Below are positions 54,359 through 63,866 of a stretch of DNA of 64,000 bases, in pieces. Position 1 is the stretch's first letter, and the number at the start of each line of letters is the position of its first letter. The notes under the pieces were generated by a model. The model was not told the DNA's origin and made no database searches. It was given only the letters and a program-made list of their open reading frames with translations. The DNA is taken from the NCBI GenBank assembly GCA_029261535.1, contig JAJDBF010000079.1:577-64576 (forward strand). Reading direction: 5' to 3'. The translations under genes were made by a program, and so were the position numbers. Source of the stretch: Nitrospinaceae bacterium (lineage in GTDB: Bacteria > Nitrospinota > Nitrospinia > Nitrospinales > Nitrospinaceae).

Positions 54359-54913
54359 TTATTTCAAAGTGATTTTCTTGATGGAGTGAGCCATTTTTTT
54401 CAGTCTGCTCGTATTTTTTCGTTTCAGCATTTTGCTGGACACGGGCTTTTGTCCATTTATTGGTTTCTTTAATTTTTTTTGGGTGAGGGTTTCCACATCT
54501 TGCAGGTATTTCTCCCTGACCCTGGGAGACAGTTTTCTGAAATGATTCAAAATCCTCTTTTCACGCGGATTGACCGTGATCAGAAAATCATGACGAAACC
54601 CTTTGAACATCAGCCGACCTTCGTGTAAAGAACCGCCGATCACTCTCAATGTTTTTGGTTTGTCAGGGGGTGTCAGTGTGTCGGGTTGCTCAAGCTCCAC
54701 CTTGTCAAGCCGGGTGATCAGAAGCCGATCCAGGCTGACATTGCCTAGCCTCGAAATTTTTACCAGTATCGCGGCAGGAACGTCGCGCTCCCCCGATTCA
54801 TATCTGACGTATGTTCTGAATCCGATTTCGAGAACCTGGGCAAAAGCTGTTTGGGTGCAATTCAGGTGGTTGCGAATTGCTTTCATGTTGTCGGAGAGGT
54901 AGGTCATCACCAC
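54359..54913 (-). CDS. XRE-family helix-turn-helix protein with a long basic C-terminal region
   Basis: The HTH_3-like segment MKAIRNHLNCTQTAFAQVLEIGFRTYVRYESGERDVP. The C-terminal half is K/R-rich. The start could be the internal Met (MKAIR). Confidence 0.6.
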   Translation of the reverse strand: MVMTYLSDNMKAIRNHLNCTQTAFAQVLEIGFRTYVRYESGERDVPAAILVKISRLGNVSLDRLLITRLDKVELEQPDTLTPPDKPKTLRVIGGSLHEGRLMFKGFRHDFLITVNPREKRILNHFRKLSPRVREKYLQDVETLTQKKLKKPINGQKPVSSKMLKRKNTSRLKKMAHSIKKITLK

Positions 54914-55061
54914 TACTTTCTTTCGTAGGATAAAAAATTTCCGGGGGAAAAGAATCGAGGGATGATATCAAAAATAAACTGGAGGGAGTAAAGTTTTTTG
55001 CCAAGATGCGTTGTTTTTTTGTTATTTAAACGGGGAGGAAGAAAAGTGATAAGAATTACAT

Positions 55062-55826
55062 TTACGCCAGTTCGATTCCGTTTTTACGAAGAAATTTATA
55101 AGCTTCTTCGATCCAGTGACGTTCCTTTTCCAATTTGTAGTCGGGGAGGTCTTTGGAACTTCCGATGAGGCTTTTCATCGTGTCGATGGCTTCCTGTTTT
55201 TTTCCACGTTTGTCCAATAGCCAGGCGTAATGGTAGTAAGCTTTAAAGAAGTGATAGGATTTGATGACCATTTCATAGGCTTCCAAGGCTTTGTCATCCT
55301 CTCCTGACAAGCGATAGCATTCGGCAAGTCCGAAGATGGCGTTGCCATAGTCGTGCTTTTTGTTTTCCTTCACGAGATTTTCAAGAATTTCTGCGGCTTC
55401 GGTATATCTTTGCAGAGCGTAATATGATTTTGCTAGCCCGTATTGAGCATCGATAAGTTCCGGGTCACGCGTACAGGCTTCTTTGAGCGCAGGAATGGCG
55501 AGTTCGTATTTTTTTTCCTCAAAGTAGAGGAGCCCTAATTCCTGATGGTGATACGGTTTATTGAACTTGCCAATCATGTCCTTCAGTTGCAAAGTTTCCT
55601 GAGTATCGATTTCTTTCGTTTGCGGCGGGCTGTTAAAAATACCAAGGTTACCGGAGGGTGTTGCAGGATTGGGGGCCTTGGATTTTACAAAGAAAAAATA
55701 AGCGAGAGCCCCGACCGGAAAGAGAAAAAACATGATTAAAAGCCAGACAAAATGCTCCTTGCGCTTGATCCAGTCCAAGACCATCCAGACTAAAAATAAT
55801 GAACCAAAAACTATAAATAAATTCAT
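55062..55826 (-). CDS. Membrane-anchored TPR protein (PLDc_N-like N-terminus)
   Basis: Two N-terminal TM helices (LFLVWMVLDWIKRKEHFVWLLIMFFLFPVGALAYFF), then TPR repeats. Its ATG overlaps the panD stop by 4 nt. Confidence 0.7.
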   Translation of the reverse strand: MNLFIVFGSLFLVWMVLDWIKRKEHFVWLLIMFFLFPVGALAYFFFVKSKAPNPATPSGNLGIFNSPPQTKEIDTQETLQLKDMIGKFNKPYHHQELGLLYFEEKKYELAIPALKEACTRDPELIDAQYGLAKSYYALQRYTEAAEILENLVKENKKHDYGNAIFGLAECYRLSGEDDKALEAYEMVIKSYHFFKAYYHYAWLLDKRGKKQEAIDTMKSLIGSSKDLPDYKLEKERHWIEEAYKFLRKNGIELA

Positions 55827-56215
55827 GCGGGTAATTTGCTTGAGGTGAAGGCTAATGCGCCCTGCCGCTCGAGAATCTGGTTTGATTCGTCCAGCAGGAG
55901 CACCTTGGGCTTATGCCCATCTTCCTTTTTTGTAGCCATAATACCATAAGCCGCAATGATGATTCGATCTTTAATCTCCACCATTCGGGCGGCCGCACCA
56001 TTGACCGATATCCTGCCACTGCCCCGGTTTCCGGGGATGGCGTACGTCAGGAAGCGATTGCCATTGTTGATATTGTACACGTGAACCTGTTCATAGGACA
56101 GAATCCCCACTTCGTCCATCAAGTCCTCATCAATTTCAATGCTCCCTTCATAGTCAATGCTCCTGTCCGTGACAATGGCACGGTGAAGCTTTCCGACTAG
56201 CATGGTTCTTTGCAT
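55823..56215 (-). CDS. panD: Aspartate 1-decarboxylase
   Basis: MQRTMLVGKLHRAIVTDRSIDYEGSI, including the G-S self-cleavage site. Confidence 0.92.
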   Translation of the reverse strand: MQRTMLVGKLHRAIVTDRSIDYEGSIEIDEDLMDEVGILSYEQVHVYNINNGNRFLTYAIPGNRGSGRISVNGAAARMVEIKDRIIIAAYGIMATKKEDGHKPKVLLLDESNQILERQGALAFTSSKLPA

Positions 56216-57063
56216 GAATTTTTCTCCACAAGATAGTTGTCGATTAATCTGGTATTTCCTATATGAACCGCCATCGCCAGCATGACGGGATTTTCAATTC
56301 GCTGAATTTCACCAAAACGTCTGGGATCGCATACCGAAATATAATCGATCCGTGTTCCAGTGCGAGATGCTATTACCGAGCGCATTTGGTTTTTTACAAT
56401 TTCTGCTGAGGTTTCGCCATTCAGGATAAGTGATTTTCCGGACTCCAGGGCTTGTACGATGGACCGCGCAGATTCCCGCTCTTCCGGACTCAAGTAAGAG
56501 TTCCGCGAACTTAATGCAACGCCATCGGATTCCCTTATCGTCGGCAGACCCACAATTTGGATATCCAGATTCAGGTCCTCTATCATTTTTCGGACCACTT
56601 CCAATTGTTGCCGGTCCTTTTCCCCGAATATCGCGACATCAGGTTGCACGATATGAAACAGTTTCAGCACAATGGTTGTCACCCCACGAAAGAATTCCGG
56701 ACGGCTATGGCCGCAAAGATGCTCGGTGAGGTTTTCTACCTGAACAAAGGTGTTCATATCCGGCGGGACAAGTTCATCTTTCTTGGGGATAAAAACGGCA
56801 TCCACTCCCAAATCGGCAAGCAGTTTTTTATCCCGTTCAAGATCGATCGGATAACGAGCCAAATCTTCGCCGGGTCCGAACTGGATCGGGTTCACAAAAA
56901 TACTGACCACGGTGCGGTCGCACTGCGCCAGTGAGTGGCGCACCAGGTTCAAATGACCCTCGTGCAGAAATCCCATGGTGGGCACCAGCCCCAGCCTCTG
57001 CTCGTTGTTTCGGCTCTGGCGCGACCAGTCTTTCATCTGTTGAATGGTAGAGATTTCCTGCAT
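56197..57063 (-). CDS. panC: Pantoate--beta-alanine ligase
   Basis: LVPTMGFLHEGHLNLV (HIGH-like motif), with typical length and position in the pan operon. Confidence 0.92.
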   Translation of the reverse strand: MQEISTIQQMKDWSRQSRNNEQRLGLVPTMGFLHEGHLNLVRHSLAQCDRTVVSIFVNPIQFGPGEDLARYPIDLERDKKLLADLGVDAVFIPKKDELVPPDMNTFVQVENLTEHLCGHSRPEFFRGVTTIVLKLFHIVQPDVAIFGEKDRQQLEVVRKMIEDLNLDIQIVGLPTIRESDGVALSSRNSYLSPEERESARSIVQALESGKSLILNGETSAEIVKNQMRSVIASRTGTRIDYISVCDPRRFGEIQRIENPVMLAMAVHIGNTRLIDNYLVEKNSCKEPC

Positions 57064-57914
57064 CAGCCGGTTTTCTTTTGAGCAACGGATTTCAAACTAT
57101 TTGATTCGGTTGAATACGTATGTCGGGTCTCGGGAAAAGTTTCGCTCCGGACTTCTTCGACGTAACGTCTCAGTCCTTGTTCCATCTGATGACCAAGATC
57201 GGCAAACGGCTTCACAAATTTTGGAACAAAATCAGGGTTCATACCGAGCATGTCCTGAGTCACCAGAATTTGCCCATCGCACTTTGCACCGGCTCCGATA
57301 CCAATCGTTGGGATGTCCAGCTCAGCCGTGATTTCTTCCGCAAGGTCGGCTGGAATCGCTTCCAGCACCAGAGCGAAGGCACCGGCCTTTTGTAATTTAT
57401 GCGCATCTGCTTTGATGCGCCGGGCATCCAGGTAATTTTTTCCCTGAACCTTGTAGCCACCCAATTGATGGACCGATTGCGGGGTTAATCCGAGATGCCC
57501 CATCACCGGGATTCCTGCCGTTGTGATGGCTTGCACCTGTGCTGAGACTTGGGCACCGCCTTCGAGTTTGACCGCCTTTGCACCCGCTTCTTTTAAAAAG
57601 CGGCCGGCATGGGTCACCGCCTGCTCAACCGAAGCCTGATAGGACATGAACGGCATGTCGCCGATCAACAGGGCCCGTTTGAGAGCTCTCCCGACGGCGC
57701 GTGTGTGGTGTAGCATTTCATCGAGAGTGACTGGCAGAGTGGTGTCGTGCCCCAGTGCCACCATAGCGAGCGAATCACCCACCAGCACGAGATCAATCCC
57801 GGCGTTATCGAGGGCACGCGCGGTTAAAAAATCATAGGCCGTGAGCGCGGTTATCTTGCGCTGAATTTTTTTCCATTCCAACAATTGCGGGAGGGTGACC
57901 GGATTGTCTGGCAT
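57063..57914 (-). CDS. panB: 3-methyl-2-oxobutanoate hydroxymethyltransferase
   Basis: LTAYDFLTARALDNAGIDLVLVGDSLAMVALGH and KLEGG motifs. Its stop overlaps the panC start. Confidence 0.92.
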   Translation of the reverse strand: MPDNPVTLPQLLEWKKIQRKITALTAYDFLTARALDNAGIDLVLVGDSLAMVALGHDTTLPVTLDEMLHHTRAVGRALKRALLIGDMPFMSYQASVEQAVTHAGRFLKEAGAKAVKLEGGAQVSAQVQAITTAGIPVMGHLGLTPQSVHQLGGYKVQGKNYLDARRIKADAHKLQKAGAFALVLEAIPADLAEEITAELDIPTIGIGAGAKCDGQILVTQDMLGMNPDFVPKFVKPFADLGHQMEQGLRRYVEEVRSETFPETRHTYSTESNSLKSVAQKKTG

Positions 57915-58119
57915 GACAGCACCTTATGAAAGGCCTGGATTTCTGATGGACCGGTAGGGAGGGATCACAAAATAAAAAATGCCCTTGCCGGTCATCCCGG
58001 TGGGCACGGAAGTCATATACCATTCTGCGTCAACGCTCTGTTTGGTTCAGTGCCCTGATGGGTCACGTTCCTTTTGGCGTTTTTTGCAATTGCTTCGGTA
58101 ATGCTCCGTCCCGGTCGCG

Positions 58120-58800
58120 TTAAGATCCAAGCGGATTGTAATATTCTCTTCCAATTCTATGTTGATTGATTTTTTTAATCAACTCCTGCAAGTCGATTTT
58201 TTTCTCCACGATGTCAATTTCGTTGGTGTTGACCACCAGCAGGGGCGTTTCCGTGTAGTAAAAAAAGAAATTATTAAAAGCCCGATTGACCTCCTCAAGA
58301 TAGGGGTACTCGATCAGGGATTCATATTCCCGACCCCGCTTTTGAATGCGCTCGTACAGTATGGGAGTGTCGGCCTGAAGGTAGACCACCAGATCCGGCT
58401 GGGGAATCTTTATTTTAATCAGATGATAAATCTGTTCGTACAGGTGAAACTCGTTGCTGTCCAGATTGATTTCGGCAAAAATACGATCCCGTTGAAACAG
58501 ATAGTCGGTGATGATGACCTGATTGAACAGGTCGCGTTGTTCCAGTGCCCGGTATTGATTGAACCGGCTCATTAAAAAAAAAATCTGGGTCTGGAAGGCG
58601 TTCGATTCCCGATCTTCATAAAATTTCGAGATGAACGGATTTTCTTCATCGACTTCAAGCACCAGCCGGGCTTTGAACTCGTCCGCCAGCAGATTGGACA
58701 AGGTGGTCTTGCCGGCACCGATGGGGCCTTCGATCGCAATGAGCTTGGGTTCGATTTCCATGGGATATGTCAGAAGTGAATGGACGTGATTCCGGGCCAA
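58120..58800 (-). CDS. Deoxynucleoside kinase
   Basis: P-loop IAIEGPIGAGKTT, then the ENPF/FQ and DR(S/I) elements of the dNK family. The start is either TTG 58800 (abutting the receiver-gene stop) or ATG 58761. Confidence 0.75.
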   Translation of the reverse strand: MARNHVHSLLTYPMEIEPKLIAIEGPIGAGKTTLSNLLADEFKARLVLEVDEENPFISKFYEDRESNAFQTQIFFLMSRFNQYRALEQRDLFNQVIITDYLFQRDRIFAEINLDSNEFHLYEQIYHLIKIKIPQPDLVVYLQADTPILYERIQKRGREYESLIEYPYLEEVNRAFNNFFFYYTETPLLVVNTNEIDIVEKKIDLQELIKKINQHRIGREYYNPLGS

Positions 58801-59172
58801 TTAAAAACCCAGAACCTCCCGGATCATGAGTTTTAATTCACGCAGGTCGGCTGATTTGACAACATAGGCATCCGAAGACCAGACCCTGAAATCCTGCTTG
58901 TAGCTCCCGTAAGCAGAGCAAAGAATCACCGGCAGGTCCGGGTATTTTTTTTTCACCTGATTCAAAAACTCAAGACCGTCCATTCCGGGCATCTTGATAT
59001 CGAGAGTGACCAAGTCGGGTGGTTCCTTTTCAATTTGTTGCCTGGCCTCTTCCGCATTCTCAGCCAGCAAGACTTTGTAGCCTTCATCTTCAAGTTCTTC
59101 CTTGTAGAGAAGGCGTATATTGGTTTCGTCGTCTACGACCAGAATTTTCTTTTGTGCTGTTTCGGAACCCAT
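58801..59172 (-). CDS. Stand-alone CheY-like response-regulator receiver
   Basis: KILVVDDE, LVTLDIKMPGMDG and a conserved K near the end. 123 aa, with no output domain. Confidence 0.85.
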   Translation of the reverse strand: MGSETAQKKILVVDDETNIRLLYKEELEDEGYKVLLAENAEEARQQIEKEPPDLVTLDIKMPGMDGLEFLNQVKKKYPDLPVILCSAYGSYKQDFRVWSSDAYVVKSADLRELKLMIREVLGF

Positions 59173-59263
59173 AGCGTCTTTTTTGGATCGGAATAAATTT
59201 TAAAAAAACAGGATCAATCTTGGACTGAAATCCGATATTGGAACGGCACTGAAAATCAGACCC

Positions 59264-61183
59264 TTATGTTTTATTCGAAAGCCCGCCGATTTGCAACGGT
59301 AAAACCAACTGGACGGTAACTCCCTGATTGACATTGTTTTTTACGAGAATTTTGCCGCCATGGTTTTCCATGATTCGGCGGCAAATGGAAAGGCCGAGCC
59401 CGGTTCCTGTGTCTTTGGTGGTGAAAAATGGATTGAATATGTTCTGAAATGTTTCCTGATCAATCCCTCCCCCGTTGTCTTTCACCACGATCATCGCTCC
59501 GGATGTTCCTTCTCCAGACTCCTGAATGCTGGTATGGATGTCGAGCACTCCTCCCTGAGGCATGGATTCGATTGCATTGAATACGACGTTGATCAGCACC
59601 TGTTTGATCTGCTCTTCATCGAAGGAGAGGGGGCCGGGGTCTTTTTCAAAATCGAGGTGAACTTTTATAGAGGCCTCCCTCAGTTCCATCTCGAAGCAAT
59701 CGAGCACTTGATGGATCAAGGCCGGGAGATGCCCAAGGCGCAGGCTGGGCTTGTTTCCTTTGGGAAGCAGTAAAATATTTTTTAACAGTTCCTCCAGGCC
59801 CTCGACTTCGGAAACGATGATGTCAGCATATTGACTGAGCGATGCCAGGTCTGGTGGCGGTGCGGAATTTTTCAGACGGGATAATTTCCCCTGAAGTCTT
59901 CTGGCAAAACCGCCAATGGATACCAGAGGGTTTTTGATTTCATGAGCGACCTCTGCAGACAGCTCTCCAAGGGCCGCCAGTTTTTCAGACTGGATTAACT
60001 GCTCCTTGGTGGTCAACAGTTCCCGGTTGGATTCGATGAGTTTGGTGAAGAGGCGTAAATTTTCGATCACCCAACTGGCCTGGGTTGCCAGTCGGATGAA
60101 CAACTGCAAATTGGTGCTTCGTATGGGCGTGTCGGTGAAGCGGTTATCGATCAGAATGACACCAAACGGGATGTCGTGTGCTATCAAGGGTAAGACGACA
60201 AACGCTTTCACTCCTGTAAATCTTTTCAACTCTTCCGGAACATTAGATAGCTCGTCCGCAGTGTCCACGATTTGTGGAGTCTCCAGAAACAAAGCATCCG
60301 CCAGAACATTGTTCCCTTGGAGATAAGGGAACTCAATGTCCTGGATGGCGCGGTGAAACGCACTCTTTCTGAGCCCCGCAAAAGTTTTTTTCTCATGCGG
60401 ATGGGGAAACTCTTCCTGCTGTTCCGGGGTCACCCAGTCTGTCCACAGGGCCTGGGCTTCCTGGTCCGTGTCCGGGCCAACACCTATCGTTCCCTTCAGA
60501 CGAGTTTGATGATCGTCCAACATGAACAGGGCCGCACGGTGACAGCCTTTGCCTTCTCCCAGAATAATCCCGATCAAAAGGAGCCACAGCCTTTTTTCCA
60601 ATGTGGGTTCGGCTTGAACCGCCTGACTGATTTCGTACAGGAAGGTTTGCTGTCTCAGCATCAACTGGCTTTTTTCAAACTCCAGAGCATTGCGGATGCA
60701 CCCGACAATTTGCTCACAAATAGTTTTGAGCAAAGTCACTTCCATGGGATCAAAAAACCGGTTTTGGATCGAATGAACATTAATGACCCCAAGGCAATCA
60801 TCCTGATAAACCATGGGGACGGACAACATCGACTGGAAACGCTCTTCCTCAATTTCAGGAAAATAAATGAAGCGAGGGTCTTGCATGGCTTCGCTCAGGG
60901 CCTGCGGCAGTTTGTGCTGAGCCACCCAACCGGTGATACCCTTGCCCCAGGGGAGATCAATTTTTGAGGCACTGTCAGCGGGGAAACCACTTGATGCCTT
61001 CAGTATTAATCGCGGTGTGGCGGGGCTTCCTTCGACCAGGTAGAGGGCGCAGGCATCGATATTGAGTTTGTTCTTGATGATGTCTATGGTGCGGATCAGA
61101 ATGGTGTCGACTTCCATCGTCGAATTGGAAATGCGTCCGACTTCACTCAGAATTTCCAGACCGATTTTTGTTGGAATTTCCAT
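59264..61183 (-). CDS. Cytoplasmic GAF-domain sensor histidine kinase
   Basis: Two GAF-like regions, H-box EVAHEIKNPL, N-box NVVFNAIES, and G-boxes DNGGGI and GTGLGLSI. I start at ATG 61183 (GGAG upstream) to avoid overlapping glgA. Confidence 0.85.
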   Translation of the reverse strand: MEIPTKIGLEILSEVGRISNSTMEVDTILIRTIDIIKNKLNIDACALYLVEGSPATPRLILKASSGFPADSASKIDLPWGKGITGWVAQHKLPQALSEAMQDPRFIYFPEIEEERFQSMLSVPMVYQDDCLGVINVHSIQNRFFDPMEVTLLKTICEQIVGCIRNALEFEKSQLMLRQQTFLYEISQAVQAEPTLEKRLWLLLIGIILGEGKGCHRAALFMLDDHQTRLKGTIGVGPDTDQEAQALWTDWVTPEQQEEFPHPHEKKTFAGLRKSAFHRAIQDIEFPYLQGNNVLADALFLETPQIVDTADELSNVPEELKRFTGVKAFVVLPLIAHDIPFGVILIDNRFTDTPIRSTNLQLFIRLATQASWVIENLRLFTKLIESNRELLTTKEQLIQSEKLAALGELSAEVAHEIKNPLVSIGGFARRLQGKLSRLKNSAPPPDLASLSQYADIIVSEVEGLEELLKNILLLPKGNKPSLRLGHLPALIHQVLDCFEMELREASIKVHLDFEKDPGPLSFDEEQIKQVLINVVFNAIESMPQGGVLDIHTSIQESGEGTSGAMIVVKDNGGGIDQETFQNIFNPFFTTKDTGTGLGLSICRRIMENHGGKILVKNNVNQGVTVQLVLPLQIGGLSNKT

Positions 61184-61200
61184 TGCAGAGAACTCCAGTC

Positions 61201-62652
61201 TCAGCGGGCCAAGGTCAGTCGATACACTCGTTCGTATTCCTGGGCCGAGCGGTCCCACCCGAAATCCGCCGTCAGGCAATTTTGCACCAGTGTCTGCCAT
61301 TGCCCGGCATCACGGTAAACAGTGAGAGCGTCGGTAACACGCTTACTGAAAAATTCTAAGCTATAGGGAGAGAATTTAAAACCCAGCCCTTCGCCGGTTT
61401 TATAATTGTATTGCACGACGGTATCTTCAAGGCCGCCGACAGCACTGGTTATAGGCACTGTGCCGTATTTCATGGCCTGCATCTGGGTGAGTCCGCAGGG
61501 TTCGTAAACAGAAGGCATCAGGATAAAATCTGATCCAGCCAATATGCGATGCGCCAATGGTTCATCAAACCCAATGAAAACGCCCAACTGTTTGCTTTTG
61601 CGGGTGCGGAAAAATTCCTCAAAGCGGGCATCTCCCGATCCAAGGATGACCAACTGAGCGTCCTTGAGCAAAAACTGCTCCACCGCCGCCATAACCAGGT
61701 CGATTCCTTTTTGAGTTGTCATGCGGGTCACCATGCACATCAGAGGTTGATCCCTTTGTGATTTTAAATTGAAATGATCCAGCAGGGCACGTTTACAGGC
61801 GGTTTTACCTTGCGGCTTGGCGGCTGAAAACTTTTCTTTTATCCAGGGGTCCCTTTGCGGGTCCCATTCCGAATAATCGATTCCGTTGGTGATGCCGAAC
61901 AGGTCGGTCTTTCTTGAATTGAGGATACCGTCCATTCTGAAGGCGTGCTCAGGCTGGAGAATTTCCTGGCTGTAGGTTTTGCTGACGGTGGTCAGGATAT
62001 CTGAATAGACCAATCCGCTTTTTAAAAAATTAAAATCGCCAAAGGATTCGACTCCTGCCGGGTTGAACAGGGAAAAGGGCAGGTTGGCCAGCGGCATGTT
62101 GTTGCGGTCGAATTCTCCCTGGTAGCCCAGGTTGTGCAGGGAAAATATGGTCCGCGTTTTTCTGAAAAAAGAATCGTAAGCGTACAAGGTTTTCAGGTAG
62201 ACCGGAGTCAGACCGGTTTGCCAGTCGTTGCAATTGATAATGTCAGGTTTGAATTGTGTGACCTTGCACGCTTCGATGATGGCCCGGGTGAAAAATATAA
62301 ACCGTTCGGCGTTGTCGGGGTAGGCTTTGCCGGGCGGACCATACAGGTGCTCCCGGTCAAAATATTTTTCCTGAGCGACAAATATCACCGGAACGCCGGG
62401 GATCAATTCGCCCTCGTACAAGATGCCTTCTATCTTTTTTGGGCCTACCGGTATGGAGATCGTTTGCGGCAGAGGCCTGAGGTCATATTGAGAAATGTTG
62501 ACGCAACGGTAGAGCGGCAGGATCACCAGTACATTATGCCCGAGGTGGTGTAAGGCTTTGGGGAGGGCACCGCAAACGTCCGCCAGTCCCCCTGTTTTGG
62601 CAAAGGGGTGAACCTCGGAGGCGGCAATTAAAATATTGAGTGGCGAACCCAT
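61201..62652 (-). CDS. glgA: Glycogen synthase
   Basis: ILIAASEVHPFAKTGGLADVCGALPKAL at the N-terminus and a GT5-type C-terminal half (PSVYEPCGLTQM). Confidence 0.92.
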   Translation of the reverse strand: MGSPLNILIAASEVHPFAKTGGLADVCGALPKALHHLGHNVLVILPLYRCVNISQYDLRPLPQTISIPVGPKKIEGILYEGELIPGVPVIFVAQEKYFDREHLYGPPGKAYPDNAERFIFFTRAIIEACKVTQFKPDIINCNDWQTGLTPVYLKTLYAYDSFFRKTRTIFSLHNLGYQGEFDRNNMPLANLPFSLFNPAGVESFGDFNFLKSGLVYSDILTTVSKTYSQEILQPEHAFRMDGILNSRKTDLFGITNGIDYSEWDPQRDPWIKEKFSAAKPQGKTACKRALLDHFNLKSQRDQPLMCMVTRMTTQKGIDLVMAAVEQFLLKDAQLVILGSGDARFEEFFRTRKSKQLGVFIGFDEPLAHRILAGSDFILMPSVYEPCGLTQMQAMKYGTVPITSAVGGLEDTVVQYNYKTGEGLGFKFSPYSLEFFSKRVTDALTVYRDAGQWQTLVQNCLTADFGWDRSAQEYERVYRLTLAR

Positions 62653-62653
62653 G

Positions 62654-63655
62654 TCAGGGTTGTATCCGAACCGATCTTAAAATATCTGCTGAAACTTCCG
62701 GAGGGGTGGGATTGATATAAAATCCGGTTCCTTGCTCGAAACCCGCCATCTTGGTCAGCTTGGGCATCACTTCAATGTGCCAGTGGTAGATCGAATCGTA
62801 GTCGCCGTTCAATGGTGATGTGTGGAATACCAGATTGTAAGGCGGGATCTTCAAGGCCACACGGATTCTGAGCAGAACTTCTTTTAACAAGGTTGCCGCT
62901 TGCGCGTAGTGGTCGGGCGTATCATTTTCGAAACGCGCCAGATGGTATTTCGGCAGAATCCAGGTTTCAAAAGGAAACCTTGGCGCGTACGGGCATAGAG
63001 CAATAAAATCCTGGTTTTCCATGACCACCCGCGATCCGTTGCCTCTCTCTTGCGCAATCATGTCGCAAAAAATACAACGCTCCTTATATTCCCAGTGACG
63101 GCGCGCACCCTGAATTTCCTCAATCACCATTTCCGGTATGATGGGAAGAGCGATCAGTTGGCTGTGCGTGTGCTCCAGTGTGGCACCTGCCGCCTCACCA
63201 TGATTTTTGAAAATAAGAATGTAGCGGAAGCGGGAATCTTTTTTCAAATCCAGAATGCGTTGCTGAAATGCCCACAGGGTTTCTGCAATGGTGCCCTCTG
63301 AAGTTTCTTCAAGCGACAATTGATGATCCGGGTGCTCAATGATGACCTCGTGTGCACCGAAGCCTCCCATCTTGTCGAACATCCCCTCACCAATCCGGTC
63401 GCGATCGCCCTCTATGGTAAGCGCAGGATACTTGTTCGGGATGACCCGGAGCGTCCAGCCCCTGTCATTGAGCCCGATGTTCTCAGGCAACGCTAAAATT
63501 CCCTCGGGGGTTTTGGATTCGTTACCGGGACAAAACGGGCAGAAACCCACCTGCTGTTTTTGGGTCGGACTCGGGAAATCCCCCGGGCGATGCGCTCTTT
63601 CTTCAGAAATGATGACCCAGCGGTCAACAATCGGGTCTTTGCGAAGTTCAGGCAT
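62654..63655 (-). CDS. galT: GalT-family hexose-1-phosphate nucleotidyltransferase/phosphorylase
   Basis: RKDPIVDRWVIIS, the zinc motif CPFCPGNE, and the HIT-like active site HTHSQ. I chose Met12 (63655) as the start. Confidence 0.8.
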   Translation of the reverse strand: MPELRKDPIVDRWVIISEERAHRPGDFPSPTQKQQVGFCPFCPGNESKTPEGILALPENIGLNDRGWTLRVIPNKYPALTIEGDRDRIGEGMFDKMGGFGAHEVIIEHPDHQLSLEETSEGTIAETLWAFQQRILDLKKDSRFRYILIFKNHGEAAGATLEHTHSQLIALPIIPEMVIEEIQGARRHWEYKERCIFCDMIAQERGNGSRVVMENQDFIALCPYAPRFPFETWILPKYHLARFENDTPDHYAQAATLLKEVLLRIRVALKIPPYNLVFHTSPLNGDYDSIYHWHIEVMPKLTKMAGFEQGTGFYINPTPPEVSADILRSVRIQP

Positions 63656-63866
63656 GGATGCAGACTTTAAGAAGGAACCTCTTGCCAAGGTTCCTTACAA
63701 TGTAAAAGAGTTGATGGAAAGAAGCGGTGTCATACTAAAGAATGCAGGGGGCAATGTCAATTTGACAGATGGCCTCAGGTGGCCTGTAAATGTCGAAAAA
63801 TGGAGCGGTCTAATGTATAATCTTTACAATCAATTAACACGATAGTTTCCTACAAGAGTGACCTTT

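Noticed and set aside
61184-61300. The N-terminal extension of the GAF histidine kinase that overlaps glgA.
   Set aside because: It would overlap the glgA 3' end by 100 nt. An ATG at 61183 with an upstream GGAG lies just after the glgA stop.
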